In this document: positions 36,979-49,900 of the stretch, piece after piece
Layout of the letters: each line of letters starts with the position of its first letter
Numbering within the stretch: position 1 is the first letter of the stretch
NCBI RefSeq assembly: GCF_006345805.1
Contig: NC_043019.1
Location: 12,709,360 to 12,773,359 of the forward strand
Length of the DNA: 64,000 bases
Source: Octopus sinensis
Lineage: Eukaryota
Direction of reading: 5' to 3'
The notes under the pieces: model-generated
The model's database searches: none
What the model was told of the DNA's origin: nothing
The model's input: only the letters and a program-made list of their open reading frames with translations
Program-made: the position numbers and the translations under genes

Positions 36979-39021
36979 CTGAAATGAATAGAAAGTGAGT
37001 CAATTCGGTTGTGTGCCTGCGTGGGGGGTTGCGCACTCGTGTGTGTGTTAGTCAATCAGTCTTCGACATTTTTCATGTCTTATTTTTGTATGCTTTATAA
37101 TATTACATATTATAATAACCATTTCTACTAAAGGCACAAGGCCTGAAATTTGTGGGGAAGAGACTAGTTGATTACATGAACCCCAGTGTTTCACTGATAC
37201 TTAATTTATCAACCCCGAAGGGCTGGAAGGTAAAGTTGACCGCGCCGGAATTTGAACTCAGAAATTACATTTTATAATAATCCGTTCTACTAGAAACACA
37301 AAGCCTGAAATTTTGGAGGTAGGGACTAGTCGATCACATCGACCCCAGGGTTTCACTAGTACTTACTTTATAGACCCCGAAAGGATGAAAAGCTAAGTCG
37401 ACCTCGGCGGTATTTGAACACAGAGCGCAATGGCAGACGAAATGTCGCCAAGCATTTTTTTCTGACATGCTAACAGCTCTGCCAGCACACCGCCTTAAAC
37501 TACTTGTTATAATAATACAAGTGTTTTCATACTTTCCGCAATCTTCAGGTTTATGTAGTAGCAGTATAAACCGGCAGTTGTGTTTCACAATTGACACGGT
37601 TGGTAGCTGTGAAGCTCAATTGTCTGTTGTTATACAACGGGCTTCCTTGTATCAAATTCCTTGTTTCCTTGTATCAAATTCCTTGTTTCCTTGTATCAAA
37701 TTCACATTGGCCGGCCCGGGGCTATTACAGAAGACACGCACGCAATGTGTCACGCAGTGAGTCTGAACCTAAAATCACGTAGTTGCAAAGAAAGCCTATC
37801 AACAACATAGCCAGGATTACAATTTTTTTTTTAAATACTAATTCAAAGAAAATTCATCTCTGACTTCTTTCAGGACCGCAATATTGGCGAAGAGAAAATA
37901 GGAAATTTTGATGAATGCCAAAGTGGACTCCGTTATAAGTCAACCATAGATGTGGCAGAGATATTAAAAAAACAATAGGCAAAGGGTACCAGCAAATAAC
38001 CGGGACAAACCCTCAGACATGCTTCTATCTGTCAAATTTCATTCTAAGGCTAAGGTTGGTCCGATGCATAACTACAGTGGCACGCAGTAGGATTAAACTC
38101 AAACTGAACCAAACAGCGTGGTCACGTGGCCTAGTGGTTAAGGTGTTGCACTCTCAATTTCAAGATCATGGGGTCGATCCTTTTACTGGGCGGTGCGTTG
38201 TATTCTTCAGCGAAAATCTTTATTTCACAATGTTCTATTTCATTCTGTTGTTAAATAAGTAAACCTACAACGGACTGGAGTTCTGTTTAGGGCGTTGCGG
38301 TGTTGTGATAGCGTTCAGTCACTTGAACGCTACGGAAACCGTATAACAGTAGAGGCACATGGCCTAGTGGTTAGAGCAGCGGACTCGCGGTCGAGGGATC
38401 GCGGGTTCGAATCTCAGACCGGGCGATGTGTGTGTTTATGAGTGAAACACCTAAACTCCACGCGGCTCTGGCAGAAGGTAATGGCGAAACTTCTGCTGAC
38501 TCTTTCGCCTCAACTTTCTCTCACTCTTTCCTCCTGCATCTTGCAGCTCACCTGCGACGGACCGGCGTCCCGTCCAGGTGGGGAACCTATACGCCAAGGA
38601 AACTGGGAAACCGGCCCTTATGAGCCAGGCAAGGCTCGAGAAGGAACAAAACCGTATAACTGCTCCTACGAGTCCTAGAATTCGAGACGTTGGTATCTAG
38701 GGTTACAACATAATGCATTCACGATAGATTCTCGGACCAGGAGATACATTGTGCTTATGAGCAAAACACTTACTTTCACATTGCTTCAATCTAGTAAACG
38801 AATAACACTGCGACAGAATGTCATCGCATTCAGGTGGAATATTATGATCTCGGTAACTTATACACCACGAGAACAAAGTAACCGGACCCGTGAAGCCTAG
38901 CCCTCGAGACCCTAATGCCCAAGCAAACAATATATGCCAACACCTCGACTCGACATTTTCAATGTCTTTCAGTGTAAAAAGCCAGCCGCAAATGAACACA
39001 TGAGCTTCAAGTTCCACTTAC

Positions 39022-40274
39022 CTGGGGTTATCGTTACTGTAGTACTCGTACTGGTTGTTGGTGCTGTTGTTGTTGGTGGTGGTGATGATTGTATTGTGAA
39101 AGTTTTTACAGTTGCAACTGAAGTTTCTGTTGATACTAAGGTGGTGTCTGCGCTACCTTCTGCGCTAGCATCGATTCCGAGGTACTGTATGTGGATGATG
39201 GTATGGTTACCACGGTACTTTCTCCGGTTGTTAACATGTTTACCATGGTACTGTCTGTGGATGGTGGCATGGTTACCACGGTACTTTCTCCGGTTGTTAA
39301 CATGTTTACCATGGTACTGTCTGTGGATGGTGGCATGGTTACCACGGTACTTTCTCCGGTTGTTAACATGTTTACCATGGTACTGTCTGTGGATGGTGGC
39401 ATGGTTACCACGGTACTTTCTCCGGTTGTTAACATGGTTACCATGGTACTGTCTGTTGTTGGTGGTATGGTTACCGTGGTATCTTCACTGGTTGTTGGCA
39501 TGGTTACTGTGGTACTTTCTGTGGTTGATGACATCGGTTCCGTAGTACTTTCTGTTGTTGGTGGTATGGTTACCGTGGTATCTTCACTGGTTGTTGGCAT
39601 GGTTACTGTGGTACTTTCTGTGGTTGATGACATTGGTTCCGTGGTACTTTCTGTGGATGGTGACATTGGTACCGTACTACCTTCTGTGGTTGGTTTCATC
39701 GATTCCGAGGTACTTTCCGTGGATGGTGACATTGGTACCGTACTACCTTCTGTGGTTGGTTTCATCGATTCCGAGGTACTTTCTGTGGATGGTGACATTG
39801 GTACCGTACTACCTTCTGTGGTTGGTTTCATCGATTCCGAGGTACTTTCTGTGGATGGTGTCATTGGTACCGTACTACTTTCAGTGGTTGATGGTATGGT
39901 TACCGTGGTACTTTCTGTTGTTGGTGGTATGGTTACCGTGGTATCTTCACTGGTTGTTGGCATGGTTACTGTGGTACTTTCTGTGGTTGATGACATTGGT
40001 TCCGTAGTACTTTCTGTTGTTGGTGGTATGGTTACCGTGGTATCTTCACTGGTTGTTGGCATGGTTACCGTGGTACTTTCTGTTGTTGGTGGTATGGTTA
40101 CCGTGGTATCTTCACTGGTTGTTGGCATGGTTACTGTGGTACTTTCTGTGGTTGATGACATTGGTTCCGTGGTACTTTCTGCTGTTGGTGATATGGTTAC
40201 TATGGTATTGTTTGTAAATGCTAGACTTGTGTTTATGGTTGTTGGGTTGGTCACTGTGGTTACATCTGTAGATG
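39022..40274 (-). CDS. aGPCR-like gene exon 2: Pro/Thr/Ser mucin exon built on 33-bp (11-aa) repeats; carries a 1-nt deletion near 39165
   Basis: Acceptor ttaattgcag|CA and donor CCA G|gtaagt. 1253 nt, one short of the multiple of 3 needed for phase 1 to 1. Confidence 0.85.
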
Positions 40275-43200
40275 CTGCAATTAAATGAGGTGCAATTAAC
40301 ATAAAATGCATAATTGATTATTGGACATTAATATTATGACTTATTCAGGGACACTAAATGAAATTTTTAAACATTTTATTTTTTATTTTTTACATGTTTC
40401 AGCCATTAGACGGTGGCCACGCTGGAGCACCACCTTGAAGATTTTATTCAAAAATATCGATCCCAGGCCTTTCTTTTTAAGTCTGGCAATTATTCTCTCA
40501 GCCCACCCTTCTTCGAACCACTATGTTACTGCGACATAAGCAAACAAACACCGGTTGTTAAACAGTGTGGGCATAAACACAAAGACATTCACACACACAC
40601 ATACACATACACACATATGTACACATATTTATTGATATACGACCGACTTCCTCATTGTTTCTGCCTACCAAATTCGCTCATAGGGTATTGGTCGGTCCCG
40701 GTATTATAGCAGAGGACACCTCTTTAAGGAGCCGTACAGTGGACTTAAGTCGAAACAACCTGATGGCAAGTAAGCTTCTCAATCACAGCCATTAAATTTT
40801 ACTGTTGTTATTCTTGTTAGCTCCAGTTCTACTCGGATCAAGAACATCTTTTATCAAAAACAATCCGTGTGGAGGCACATGGCCTAGTGGTTAGAGCAGC
40901 GGACTCACGGTCGAGGGATCGCGGGTTCAAATCTCAGACCGGGTGATGTGTGTGTTTATGAGCGAAAACACCTAAGCTCCACGCGGCTCCGGCAGAAGGT
41001 AATGGCGAAACTTCTGCTGACTCTTTCGCCACAACTTTCTCTCACTCTTTCCTCCTGCATCTTGCAGCTCACCTGCGACGGACCGGCGTCCCGTCCGGGT
41101 GGGGAACATATACGCCAATGAAACCGGGAAACCGGCCCTTATGAGCCAGGGATGGCTTGAGAAGCCACAAACAAAAACAATCCAGTCGTGACAATCTCCT
41201 AGTATAACTCATTTACAAGCATTAATTTGGGAGATAAACGCCAGGACCTGCACTATTAAGAAATTACTTGCAATAGTTATGGGATATGTGATGATATTTT
41301 CTTTTTTTTCGTGACCGACCAGACCATCAGATGTTGTTACACATCGCTGGTCACAATGCGTTCGCATTGTTTTAGCCTTCGAACGACGCCACCCCGCTGG
41401 CTAAGCGAGCAGACCAACAGAAGAAAGAGTGGGAGAAAGAGTGGTGAAAGAGTACAGCAGGGATCACCACCCCTGCCGGAGCCTCGTGGAGCTTTTAGGT
41501 GTTTTCCCTCAATAAACACTCACAACGCCCGGTCTGGGAATCGAAACCACGATCCTGCGACCGCGAGTCCGCTGCCCTAACCACTAGGCCATTGCGCCTC
41601 CACATGTGATGATATAAAACTGTTTAATTTATACTAATATAGGTGTATGCGTGGATGTGTAGTTCCCAACAACATGGTTGCGGGTTCAGTCTCATGGCGT
41701 GGCACCTTGGGCAAGTGTCTTTTTATTATAACCTCGGGCCGACCAAAGCCTTGTGAGTGGATTTGCTAGACGGAAACTGAAAGAAGCCTGTCGTATATAT
41801 ATGTGCTTGTGTATGTGTGTGTTTGTGTGTCTGTCTTTGCCCCCCCCCCCCACCACCACCACCATCGCTTCATAACCGATGTATATGTGTTTACGTCCCT
41901 GTAACTTAGCGGTTCGGCAAAAGGTACCGATACAATAAGTACTAGGCTTACAAAGAATAAGTCGTGAGATCGATTTGTTCGACTAAAAAGGTGGTGCTCC
42001 AGCATGGCCGCAGCCAAATGACTGAAACAAATAAGAGAATAAAAGAATAACATTTACGGAACCTCCAAGTTTAGAAATAAATATTTTGAGCCGGGGAAAC
42101 GAAAAAAAGGTCAACGCATTGCTGAGTTCAGCGAGCATGATGAAACAAAAAAGACATTTTGGTCATCCACAGAATCCGTCTCCATTCCCAGTTTTCTTGA
42201 TCTGATCTTGCCATCGAGTTGAAAATGAACATGTAAGAAAGAGCGAGGTTGACGTTGCGCAATTCTTTTTCACTTGAAAGTTACCACGCAACTCACCACT
42301 TAAGGATGACCAGATGGCCTTCGACGAACATGTGATCTTGCCTAAGAAAGATTTTTTTTTTCTAAAGGAAGACTGACAGCTACCTATGCCTGTAAGTCTC
42401 TACACCATCACTGTTTTATCCAAAAGGTGGGGGCGCAATGGCCCGGTGGTTAGGGCAGCGGACTCGCGGTCATAGGATCGCGGTTTCGATTCCCAGACCG
42501 GGCATTGTGAGTGTTTATTGAGCGAAAACACCTAAAGCTCCACGAGGATCCGGCAGGGGATGGTGGTGATCCCTGCTGTACTCTTTCACCACAACTTTCT
42601 CTCACTCTTACTTCCTGTTTCTGTTGTACCTGTATTTCAAAGGGCCGGCCTTGTCACTCTCTGTGTCACGCTGAATATCCCCGAGAACTACGTTAAGGGT
42701 GCACGTGTCTGTGGAGTGCTCAGCCACTTACACGTTAATTTCACGAGCGGGCTGTTCCGTTGATTCGAATCAACCGGAACCCTCGTCGTCGTAACCGACG
42801 GAGTGTTTCCCCTTTATCCAAAAGAAAGGCTTAAAGCCCACGCCTATCGCCCACTGATGATTAGGTGTGTGGGTGATTTGTCTGAAATCTAGACGTGATG
42901 GCAAAAGAAAATATCCCACTTTTGTGTTCAGCATATCAAAAATACCTTCAAATCAGATAAAAACGTCTTGACGACAAAAGAATTGTCCATACTTAAGGCA
43001 ATAAAAAATCCGGAAGTAACGAACAGAAACCTTTTCCCCACCTCCATCCAAATTCTACACTACCTGGGAATTATGATTTTTTCCGGTTCATCAGTGATAA
43101 TTTGATCTGATGAACGATGTGGAATACTATGATGATCGAAAGGACAAGGGTTCGAATTTATGAAAAGATTAAAATGATGGACTCTTTTACTCTTTTACTT

Positions 43201-43397
43201 GTTTCAGTCATTTGACTGTGGCCATGCTGGAACACCGCCTTTAGTCGAGCAAATCAACCCCAGGACTTATTCTTTGTAAGCCTAGTACTTATTCTATCGG
43301 TCTCTTTTGCCGAACCACTAAGTTACGGAGACATAACACACCAGCATCGGTTGTCAAGCGATGTTGGGGGGATAAACACAGACACAAACGTATACAC

Positions 43398-43432
<35 letters not shown>

Positions 43433-43435
43433 TAT

Positions 43436-43519
<84 letters not shown>

Positions 43520-44519
43520 CACATATATATATACATTTACATATATACGATGGGCTTCTTTCAGTTTCCCTCTACCAAATCCACTCACAAGGCTTTGGTC
43601 GGCCCGAAGCTATAGTAGAAGACACTTGCCCAAGGTGCCACACAGTGGGACTGAACCCAGAACCATGTGGTTGGTGAGCAAGCTACTTACCACACAGCCA
43701 CTCCTACGCCTATTGATGAAACGAAACAAAAAAGAACACCAGTTATCTAGCAACAGTTAAAAGCTTCGTTGAAAGAAGGACAGAAGAATATTCTTGCTTT
43801 GCCCAACTCGAAAGTATCAGATGGTACTCGATAAAAGTACGGGACAATTTTCTCGCTTTGACTAGCACTGAAAATGTTAACCAGCCATTTCCGAAGTACC
43901 AGATCTCGGTACTCCAAGTAAGTTGATTGGAAATGTGAGATGCTTGGCCCTACCTGCGATTCATACCTGCGATTTTATACCTCACTTTAGAAACATGGAA
44001 CGACACGGAACAAATTGTTTTTAATGATGCAACTCGCGGTAGATAAAGCTATGAATAATAATAGGTTGCAAACATCGGGCTAAAACACTTTTTTCCACCT
44101 AAAGTGGCGGGGTTAACCCATTATTTACACGCTACTGTTTGTAGCTTTATCTCCCTCGAGTTTCACCGTTAAAAACGAATAACTTTTGTGCTCAAACAAA
44201 GAACAATTTTCTCATAACTATTGTTAAAAGTAGTAAAACAAACAAATTAGTCACATATTAGTCGCATGCAATGTGTTTTGTTTTCTATGATGTGCTCTTG
44301 TTTTACAACTCGTGCGCAAACTTAGGGAATGTGCACGCAAAAGGTTTTCAAGAGGAAATCGAATTTTTTTTTTCAGTTGAAGAAATTTAAATGGAGGCCA
44401 TCCTTCGAATTGATGCGCACATATTTTGCAAAAACAAAAAAAAGACATCATTTATACACAACAGTAATTTCTGCACACGTTCATTGCAAAATAAATTAGA
44501 AAGATTGGTGCTTTTTTTT

Positions 44520-46490
44520 GGCTGTGTTTCTAGTTTTTTGTTTCAGCATTTGTTTAGTTTCAGTGTTAGAAGTTAGGGTTTTTAATCAAATGGTTATTAT
44601 TATAATTTGGATCAGTTGTACTTTAAGTTGGAGGAGGTTTTTACATATACTGTTTGTAGTTTTGCTGTTTGGTTATGACATCGCTTGTGGTGAGATTCGC
44701 CAGGGAGTTTGCTTATTAAAGTAACTTCTGTAACGTTTTCGTTAACGCTCGTATTGCCAGTGAACTGATGCCTGTTGACGACTGTGGAATTCAAATCTGT
44801 TGTTTTAATAGTGACACCGTCTGTAACAATTTGATTGCTTGTAAGAGTAATAAGTTGGGCCGCCTTGTCTAGCATATTTGTTCCGGTGTTTAGAGGGAAG
44901 CTGTAATAACAAAAATCGATGTTATAGTGTCTCCATTGTCGAATTATTCTCTTTGAGCGTACTTTGAAATTCTCAGTATTTAGTCGTAGAAAAAAATCTG
45001 GATTTTTTTTTATTTTTTAATAACATCGACAGCAATGCTCGAGCTGGAAAATATACCAGACGATGTCATAATATTTGTAAGAAATTAGTATCGTCTGCTC
45101 CGGAAGTTTCGTGGTCGCCATAGTTATATTCGTCGTTGCAGCTTTAGCGTTTGTAAAATTTACAACAGATGTTTCTGAGGGATTATCGTGTGTGACAGCT
45201 TAATTTCAGAAAATATATATTCGTATTAATTATTTGGTTAGTGGTACGATCAACAGTATATTTTTTTTTCATATATCAGCAGTAAAAAGTTTAGTATTAT
45301 CTATGATGCTGTCAGTATTTTCATATATGAGGTTAGTGTTTCTAACTACAATTATTTCAACACTTAATGTTATTTAAACTATTGTCAGTCATACTAAGGG
45401 TGAGTATCTTTGTATCAGTAAAGCGATCGCGATCAATTATACTTTGATGTGTTATAGCTTTATCTGTTTGTAGAGTAGCGTATTACTCATAGAGAGAGAT
45501 CATTTTCATTGTTACACCGTTTACAGTAAAATCTACCCCGTTATAAGTAGTAATTTCATCATCGTGATCATCATTATCATCCTCATCAACCCCTTGATAA
45601 TCCGGTCTCGTGTCCCCAGGACAGATAGAACTTTAACTCTGAACGTGACGCTAGTACTTCGCAGGGTTAGACATTTACAGCTGAACGGACTGGAGCAACG
45701 TGAAATGAAATGCTTTTACATAAGAATAAAAATACAATGTACCCGCTCACCCCGGTTCGGGAATTGAAACTCCATTACGCATTGGAGTCGATGTAATCAA
45801 CTAGCCCCTTCCCCCGAAAATTTCAACCCTTGTGCCTATAGTAGAAACGATTATTTACTAGAAATAGCAGCAGATTGACTATCATTGTTTCCTTAGATTA
45901 TTAAGCCCATCAGTAACTCGATCTGAAGTAATGTTACTGACAATGATGTGACTAAAGTATGTGCCGTCAGAGGCAGCCCTTGAGTTTGTAGTTCTCTTCT
46001 CCCGGATCGCTACAAGCCTATAGAGGCTTATACAGCAGACCTAAAACCATTGCCCTCACAAGAGCGTCTCCGCCCCCGGGTCGAACTACTCCCAACGTTA
46101 ACTCACCTACCTTCCAACTAGGTTACTGCGCACTAATTGTTTGACATAGCTTGTAATTAATGCTTTCCGTTTGTGCAGTGAGCCTTGCAATTGCTTGTCG
46201 TCCAGTAAGATCATGATTTACAAGGATGTGGTTTCGTTTTACAGTCCGTCCTCAGTTCTGTAGCAATGTCAGCGATACCAGCAGAAAATATCACGACATT
46301 AGGGAGTGCATGTGCCGCGTTACAACCTGGATTGATTACTCATGCGATTTTGTATTGTCGTCAAAAGCAGTCTGAAATGTCGCCGTGTCGTCGCCGTGAT
46401 CTGCAATGTTGACAGAAGCAGTTTCATGTATCGTAACAATAGCGGCCATCTCTGTAATGTTATCGCTTGTTGCTCGCTCTATAGTAGTAG
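44520..46490 (-). pseudogene. Decayed continuation of the Thr/Asn/Asp-rich stalk exon (relic coding sequence)
   Basis: Minus-strand segments read TTIERATSDNITEMAAIVTIHETASVN..., VDEDDNDDHDDEITTYNGVDFTVNG... and ORF 44612-44875. Multiple stops and frameshifts; interrupted by repeat insertions at ~45595-45860. Confidence 0.65.
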
Positions 46491-46500
46491 TAGTAGTAGT

Positions 46501-46882
46501 GTGAGGGCGCATGGCTCAGTGGTTAGAGCGTCGGGCTTACGATCGTGAGGTTGTGAGTTCGAATCCCGGACCGAGCTGCGTGTTGTGTTCTTGAGCAAGA
46601 CACTTCATTTCACGTTGCTCCAGTTCACTCAGCTGTAGAAATGGGTTGCGACGTCATAGGTGCAAAGCTGTATCGGACCCCCTTTGCCTTTCCCTTGGAT
46701 AACACTGGTGGCGGGGAGGGGGGGAGGCCGGTATGCATGGGCGACTGCTGGTCTTCTATAAACAACCTTGCCGCACGGACTTGTGCCTGGGAGGGTAACT
46801 TCCTAGGTGCAATCCCATGGTCAGTCATGACAGAAGGGGGTCTCAGCAACTCAGCAGCAGCAGCAGCAGCAGCGGCAGCAGC

Positions 46883-46953
<71 letters not shown>
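46501..46953 (+). mobile_element. tRNA-headed SINE with (CAG)n(TAG)n tail, inserted in an ACT (Thr-codon) run of the stalk sequence
   Basis: Head GGGCGCATGGCTCAGTGGTTAGAGC...GAGTTCGAATCCC and a TTGAGCAAGACACTT block. (AGT)n on both flanks. Confidence 0.85.
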
Positions 46954-46954
<1 letters not shown>

Positions 46955-46979
46955 AACTAAGATGTTATATAGCACATAC

Positions 46980-49900
46980 TACGGTCTATATCACTGTTAA
47001 TAGAAAACTGAAGTGTGGGTTCGCTAGTAATATTTCTACCTGTTTCTGTAAAGTACGAAGTGATTTCTCCGCTGTAAGTAGTAACTTTTGTAACACCGTC
47101 TACGTTGCCTTCGGTCGTTGTTGAATCTTCGCCTGAATTCTCTGTTGCATCGGTGAGATACGATAGAGTATCGGAATTACTTTCACTGTTCATTTCTACC
47201 GTCGTCACCGTGACAGGTTGCCATCGAGATGCATTCTGGTATGTTACAGATGTGGGAATGACCGTGACAGCATCTGTTGTGATATTAGTAAGAGGTGTTA
47301 CATTCATGGTGACGTCTGCTTTAGTTTCACTTCTTGTAACATCTGTTGTTACATTACTTTCATTTGTTACAGAAGTGGGGAGATCTGTGCTACTATGTAA
47401 CATGAGTGTAACGTTTGTTGTCCTATTACTATTGCTTGTTGCGGGAGTGGAAATGTATGTGCTACTGTTTAATATATTTGTAACTTCAGTTGTCACATAG
47501 CTTTCGTTAGTCACTGAAGGCGAAGTGTTTGTGTTACTGTGTAACATGAGTGTAACGTTTGTTGTCCTATTACTATTGCTTGTTGCAGGAGTGGAAATGT
47601 ATGTGCTACTGTTTAATATATTTGTAACTTCAGTTGTCACATAGCTTTCGTTAGTCACTGAAGGCGAAGTGTTTGTGTTATTGTGTAACATGAGTGTAAC
47701 GTTTGTTGTCCTATTACTATTGCTTGTTGCAGGAGTGGAAATGTATGTGCTACTGTTTAATATATTTGTAACTTCAGTTGTCACATAGCTTTCGTTAGTC
47801 ACTGAAGGCGGAGTGTTTGTGTTACTGTGTAACATGAGTGTAACGTTTGTTGTCCTATTACTATTGCTTGTTGCAGGAGTGGAAATGTATGTGCTACTGT
47901 TTAACATATTTGTAACTTCAGTTGTCACATAGCTTTCATTAGTCACTGAAGGGGGAGTGTTTGTGTTACTGTGTAACATGAGTGTAACGTTTGTTGTCCT
48001 ATTACTATTGCTTGTTGCAGGAGTGGAGATGTATGTGCTACTGTTTAATATATTTGTAACTTCAGTTGTCACATAGCTTTCGTTAGTCACTGAAGGCGGA
48101 GTGTTTGTGTTACTGTGTAACATGACTGTAACGTTTGTTGTCCTATTACTATTGCTTGTTGCAGGAGTGGAAATGTATGTGCTACTGTTTAATATATTTG
48201 TAACTTCAGTTGTCACATAGCTTTCGTTAGTCACTGAAGGCGGAGTGTTTGTGTTACTGTGTAACATGAGTGTAACGTTTGTTGTCCTATTACTATTGCT
48301 TGTTGCGGGAGTGGAAATGTATGTGCTACTGTTTAATATATTTGTAACTTCAGTTGTCACATAGCTTTCGTTAGTCACTGAAGGCGAAGTGTTTGTGTTA
48401 CTGTGTAACATGAGTGTAACGTTTGTTGTCCTATTACTATTGCTTGTTGCGGGAGTGGAAATGTATGTGCTACTGTTTAATATATTTGTAACTTCAGTTG
48501 TCACATAGCTTTCGTTAGTCACTGAAGGCGGAGTGTTTGTGTTACTGTGTAACATGAGTGTAACGTTTGTTGTCCTATTACTATTGCTTGTTGCAGGAGT
48601 GGAGATGTATGTGCTACTGTTTAATATATTTGTAACTTCAGTTGTCACATAGCTTTCGTTAGTCACTGAAGGCGGAGTGTTTGTGTTACTGTGTAACATG
48701 AGTGTAACGTTTGTTGTCCTATTACTATTGCTTGTTGCAGGAGTGGAAATGTATGTGCTACTGTTTAATATATTTGTAACTTCAGTTGTCACATAGCTTT
48801 CATTAGTCACTGAAGGCGAAGTGTTTGTGTTACTGTGTAACATGAGTGTAACGTTTGTTGTCCTATTACTATTGCTTGTTGCGGGAGTGGAAATGTATGT
48901 GCTACTGTTTAATATATTGTAACTTCAGTTGTCACATAGCTTTCGTTAGTCACTGAAGGGGGAGTGTTTGTGTTACTGTGTAACATGACTGTAACGTTTG
49001 TTGTCCTATTACTATTGCTTGTTGCAGGAGTGGAAATGTATGTGCTACTGTTTAATATATTTGTAACTTCAGTTGTCACATAGCTTTCGTTAGTCACTGA
49101 AGGCGAAGTGTTTGTGTTACTGTGTAACATGAGTGTAACGTTTGTTGTCCTATTACTATGCTTGTTGCAGGAGTGGAGATGTATGTGCTACTGTTTAATA
49201 TATTTGTAACTTCAGTTGTCACATAGCTTTCGTTAGTCACTGAAGCGGAGTGTTTGTGTTACTGTGTAACATGAGTGTAACGTTTGTTGTCCTATTACTA
49301 TTGCTTGTTGCAGGAGTGGAAATGTATGTGCTACTGTTTAATATATTTGTAACTTCAGTTGTCACATAGCTTTCGTTAGTCACTGAAGGCGGAGTGTTTG
49401 TGTTACTGTGTAACATGAGTGTAACGTTTGTTGTCCTATTACTATTGCTTGTTGCGGGAGTGGAAATGTATGTGCTACTGTTTAATATATTTGTAACTTC
49501 AGTTGTCACATAGCTTTCGTTAGTCACTGAAGGCGAAGTGTTTGTGTTACTGTGTAACATGAGTGTAACGTTTGTTGTCCTATTACTATTGCTTGTTGCG
49601 GGAGTGGAAATGTATGTGCTACTGTTTATATATTTGTAACTTCAGTTGTCACATAGCTTTCGTTAGTCACTGAAGGCGGAGTGTTTGTGTTACTGTGTAA
49701 CATGAGTGTAACGTTTGTTGTCCTATTACTATTGCTTGTTGCAGGAGTGGAGATGTATGTGTGCTACTGTTTAATATATTTGTAACTTCAGTTGTCACAT
49801 AGCTTTCGTTAGTCACTGAAGGCGGAGTGTTTGTGTTACTGTGTAACATGAGTGTAACGTTTGTTGTCCTATTACTATTGCTTGTTGCAGGAGTGGAAAT

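Noticed and set aside
39191-40288. Val-rich plus-strand ORFs (also 47105-47500, 52053-53258, 62507-63112) that look like membrane proteins
   Set aside because: They are antisense shadows of Thr-rich minus-strand ORFs (ACN codons read as Val/Gly on the other strand).
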